Positions 46,511 to 48,222 of a stretch of DNA of 48,222 nucleotides are shown one piece after another; positions within the stretch are counted from its first letter, which is position 1, and each line of letters opens with the position of its first letter. The DNA comes from Octopus bimaculoides (taxonomy: Eukaryota). The stretch covers positions 168,687,799-168,736,020 of the forward strand of contig NC_068981.1 of the NCBI RefSeq assembly GCF_001194135.2, given 5' to 3'. The notes beneath the pieces are model-generated. The model did not search any database, was not told where the DNA came from, and was given only the letters and a program-made list of their open reading frames with translations. The translations under genes were made by a program, and so were the position numbers.

Positions 46511-47941
46511 CTTATTCTTAACGTTTGAACACATTCGTCCTATTTTATTTACTTAACTCTAGTTCGACCAAGCTTTACGCACATCAGTAAGCGTACAATA
46601 TACTGTTATTATATAAGAATGAATTCATTCTTATCAGGTTATGAACGACAGATTTGGTGTTCGAAGTTGATGACACGGAAGAACGTAGAAACGCATGCGT
46701 CCTACAATCCAATTCACTGTGCAATATTTACATCATTCACAGTGCAACACATATTTTCACGCATATTGTCTAAGAGCAGAATTTTCTCCTGGAACTATTT
46801 CCTCACCGAAAGGTCTCCTCACGTGCGAATGTGCTCAAGATGCTAAATATTACTTTATAGTGAAGGGGTCACCAGTATAGTGAAATTGGTCACCAGTATA
46901 GTGACTGTCCTGGGTCACCAGTGTGGTAAGTTCACTACCTTCGTAGCTAATGTGAGAAACTAAGTGAAGGAACTCAATTAAGCATGGCCGCAGCCACATT
47001 AAATAAGTGACAATCGGATGTAGTAGAGGGAGCCTGTTAGAGGGAGCCTGTTTATTCGGCCAATCACAGACCGAATAGAACTGTAAACTTACAGTGTCGT
47101 CTGAGTCTACTTTGAGATTAAAAATGTGTGTTCACTAATGCTAGTACAGACATGCTACAATTTTACGCAAACATAGTTTATTCAATGCTGTTTCGTGCAA
47201 TTCTTTCCTATGTCAACGAATATTCAGTCTTGTTCATTTATTTAGTGATTCGTTCATCCATATTTCGGTAGGTATGGTGACTGCTATACTTCACTGATTA
47301 GATCAAAATAAGAACGAAACCTGTTCAGTGTTGTCTGCCGTGCTTTCTTGGAAAAATGAAAATAAAATGTTAGACATTAATATCGCTTTCCTTTACCTCA
47401 CCGCATATTTATTCCTTGCTAGTATATATTGAAATGTTGTCTGCATTAATTATGCTAATACATCTACAGTTATCTCTCTTACTTACCCGTCAATATTTGT
47501 CATGCAATAGTATCTCGTCATTGCATATACATTTGTAGTTAATTGAGGATTAAATAATTACAATAGTAACCTGCAAGTTTCCAAGTATTACGTACGTATT
47601 CAACAACTTTAACTATTGAGCGAAATCAATATCATAACTGAAGGTTTCCATATAAATGAAACAAGCCCGAGTACTACGTTTACAAAACTCTTAACATGAA
47701 AAGGAATCTGAGATATAATCAAAATACATAAGAAATTACAGCAATATTATAAAAGTCTCTAGATTTATGCATAAAGAAAGAATATTTATAAAACGTAGAG
47801 CTTCCACGGATTCCGCTACTTTTTAATTATTAATACATTTGCATTAGACTTCCAGGGGCTGCTTAGCTTAATGCCATAGAACACTCAACTGATGTCTGAG
47901 AGGTTTCTCCGTAACCACCTGCTGACAATTTTTTTTTAAGA

Positions 47942-48160
47942 AAGGTGGTGAGCTGACAGAATTGTTAGCGCGCCGAGCAAATTGCTTAGCGGTATTTTTT
48001 CCGTCTTTACGGTATGAGTTCAAATCCCACCGAGGTCGACTTTGCTTTTCATCCTCTTGGGGTCGATAAAATAAGTACCAGCTGAGTACTGGAGTCGATG
48101 TAACCAGCTTACCCTTCCCCGAAATTTCTGGCCTTGTACCAAAAATTGAAACTAATATTT
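47942..48160 (+). mobile_element. SINE family A
   Basis: GGTGGTGAGCTGACAGAATTGTTAGCGCGCC head and GAGGTCGACTTTGC core. Confidence 0.9.
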
Positions 48161-48181
48161 TAGCATTAAAATCATCTTTTG

Positions 48182-48222
<41 letters not shown>

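Noticed and set aside
1-48222. CRISPR arrays, rRNA genes, prokaryotic operons
   Set aside because: None seen; the regularly recurring motifs are SINE cores and microsatellites in eukaryotic DNA.

Overview
AT-rich eukaryotic genomic DNA from a gapped draft assembly. The SINE repertoire and microsatellite load point to an octopod cephalopod (Octopus-like); this is inference, not a database result. The only protein-coding gene I can identify confidently is the 3' end of MBTPS1 (site-1 protease/SKI-1) on the + strand: a 127-nt penultimate exon (17668-17794) and the terminal coding exon (18722-19025, TM helix + basic cytosolic tail ending PSV). No preceding MBTPS1 exon is visible in the 17.6 kb upstream. 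The rest is mostly transposon-derived: at least five SINE families, hAT/mariner/TA-flanked MITEs, Dong/R4-type, RTE-type and Jockey/I-type LINE remnants, Penelope-like (PLE) remnants, three zinc-knuckle ORF1 remnants with no adjacent reverse transcriptase, LTR-like segments and micro/minisatellites. The most striking signal is a set of type I hammerhead ribozyme motifs. One is fully intact at the core and helix level (16724-16815, minus). One forms the tail of a tRNA-headed SINE (two copies). Several others are decayed, including one directly downstream of a GIY-YIG endonuclease remnant. Nearly all long ORFs in the supplied track are N-gap or microsatellite artefacts. Repeat boundaries are read by eye and approximate unless TIR/TSD ends are given.
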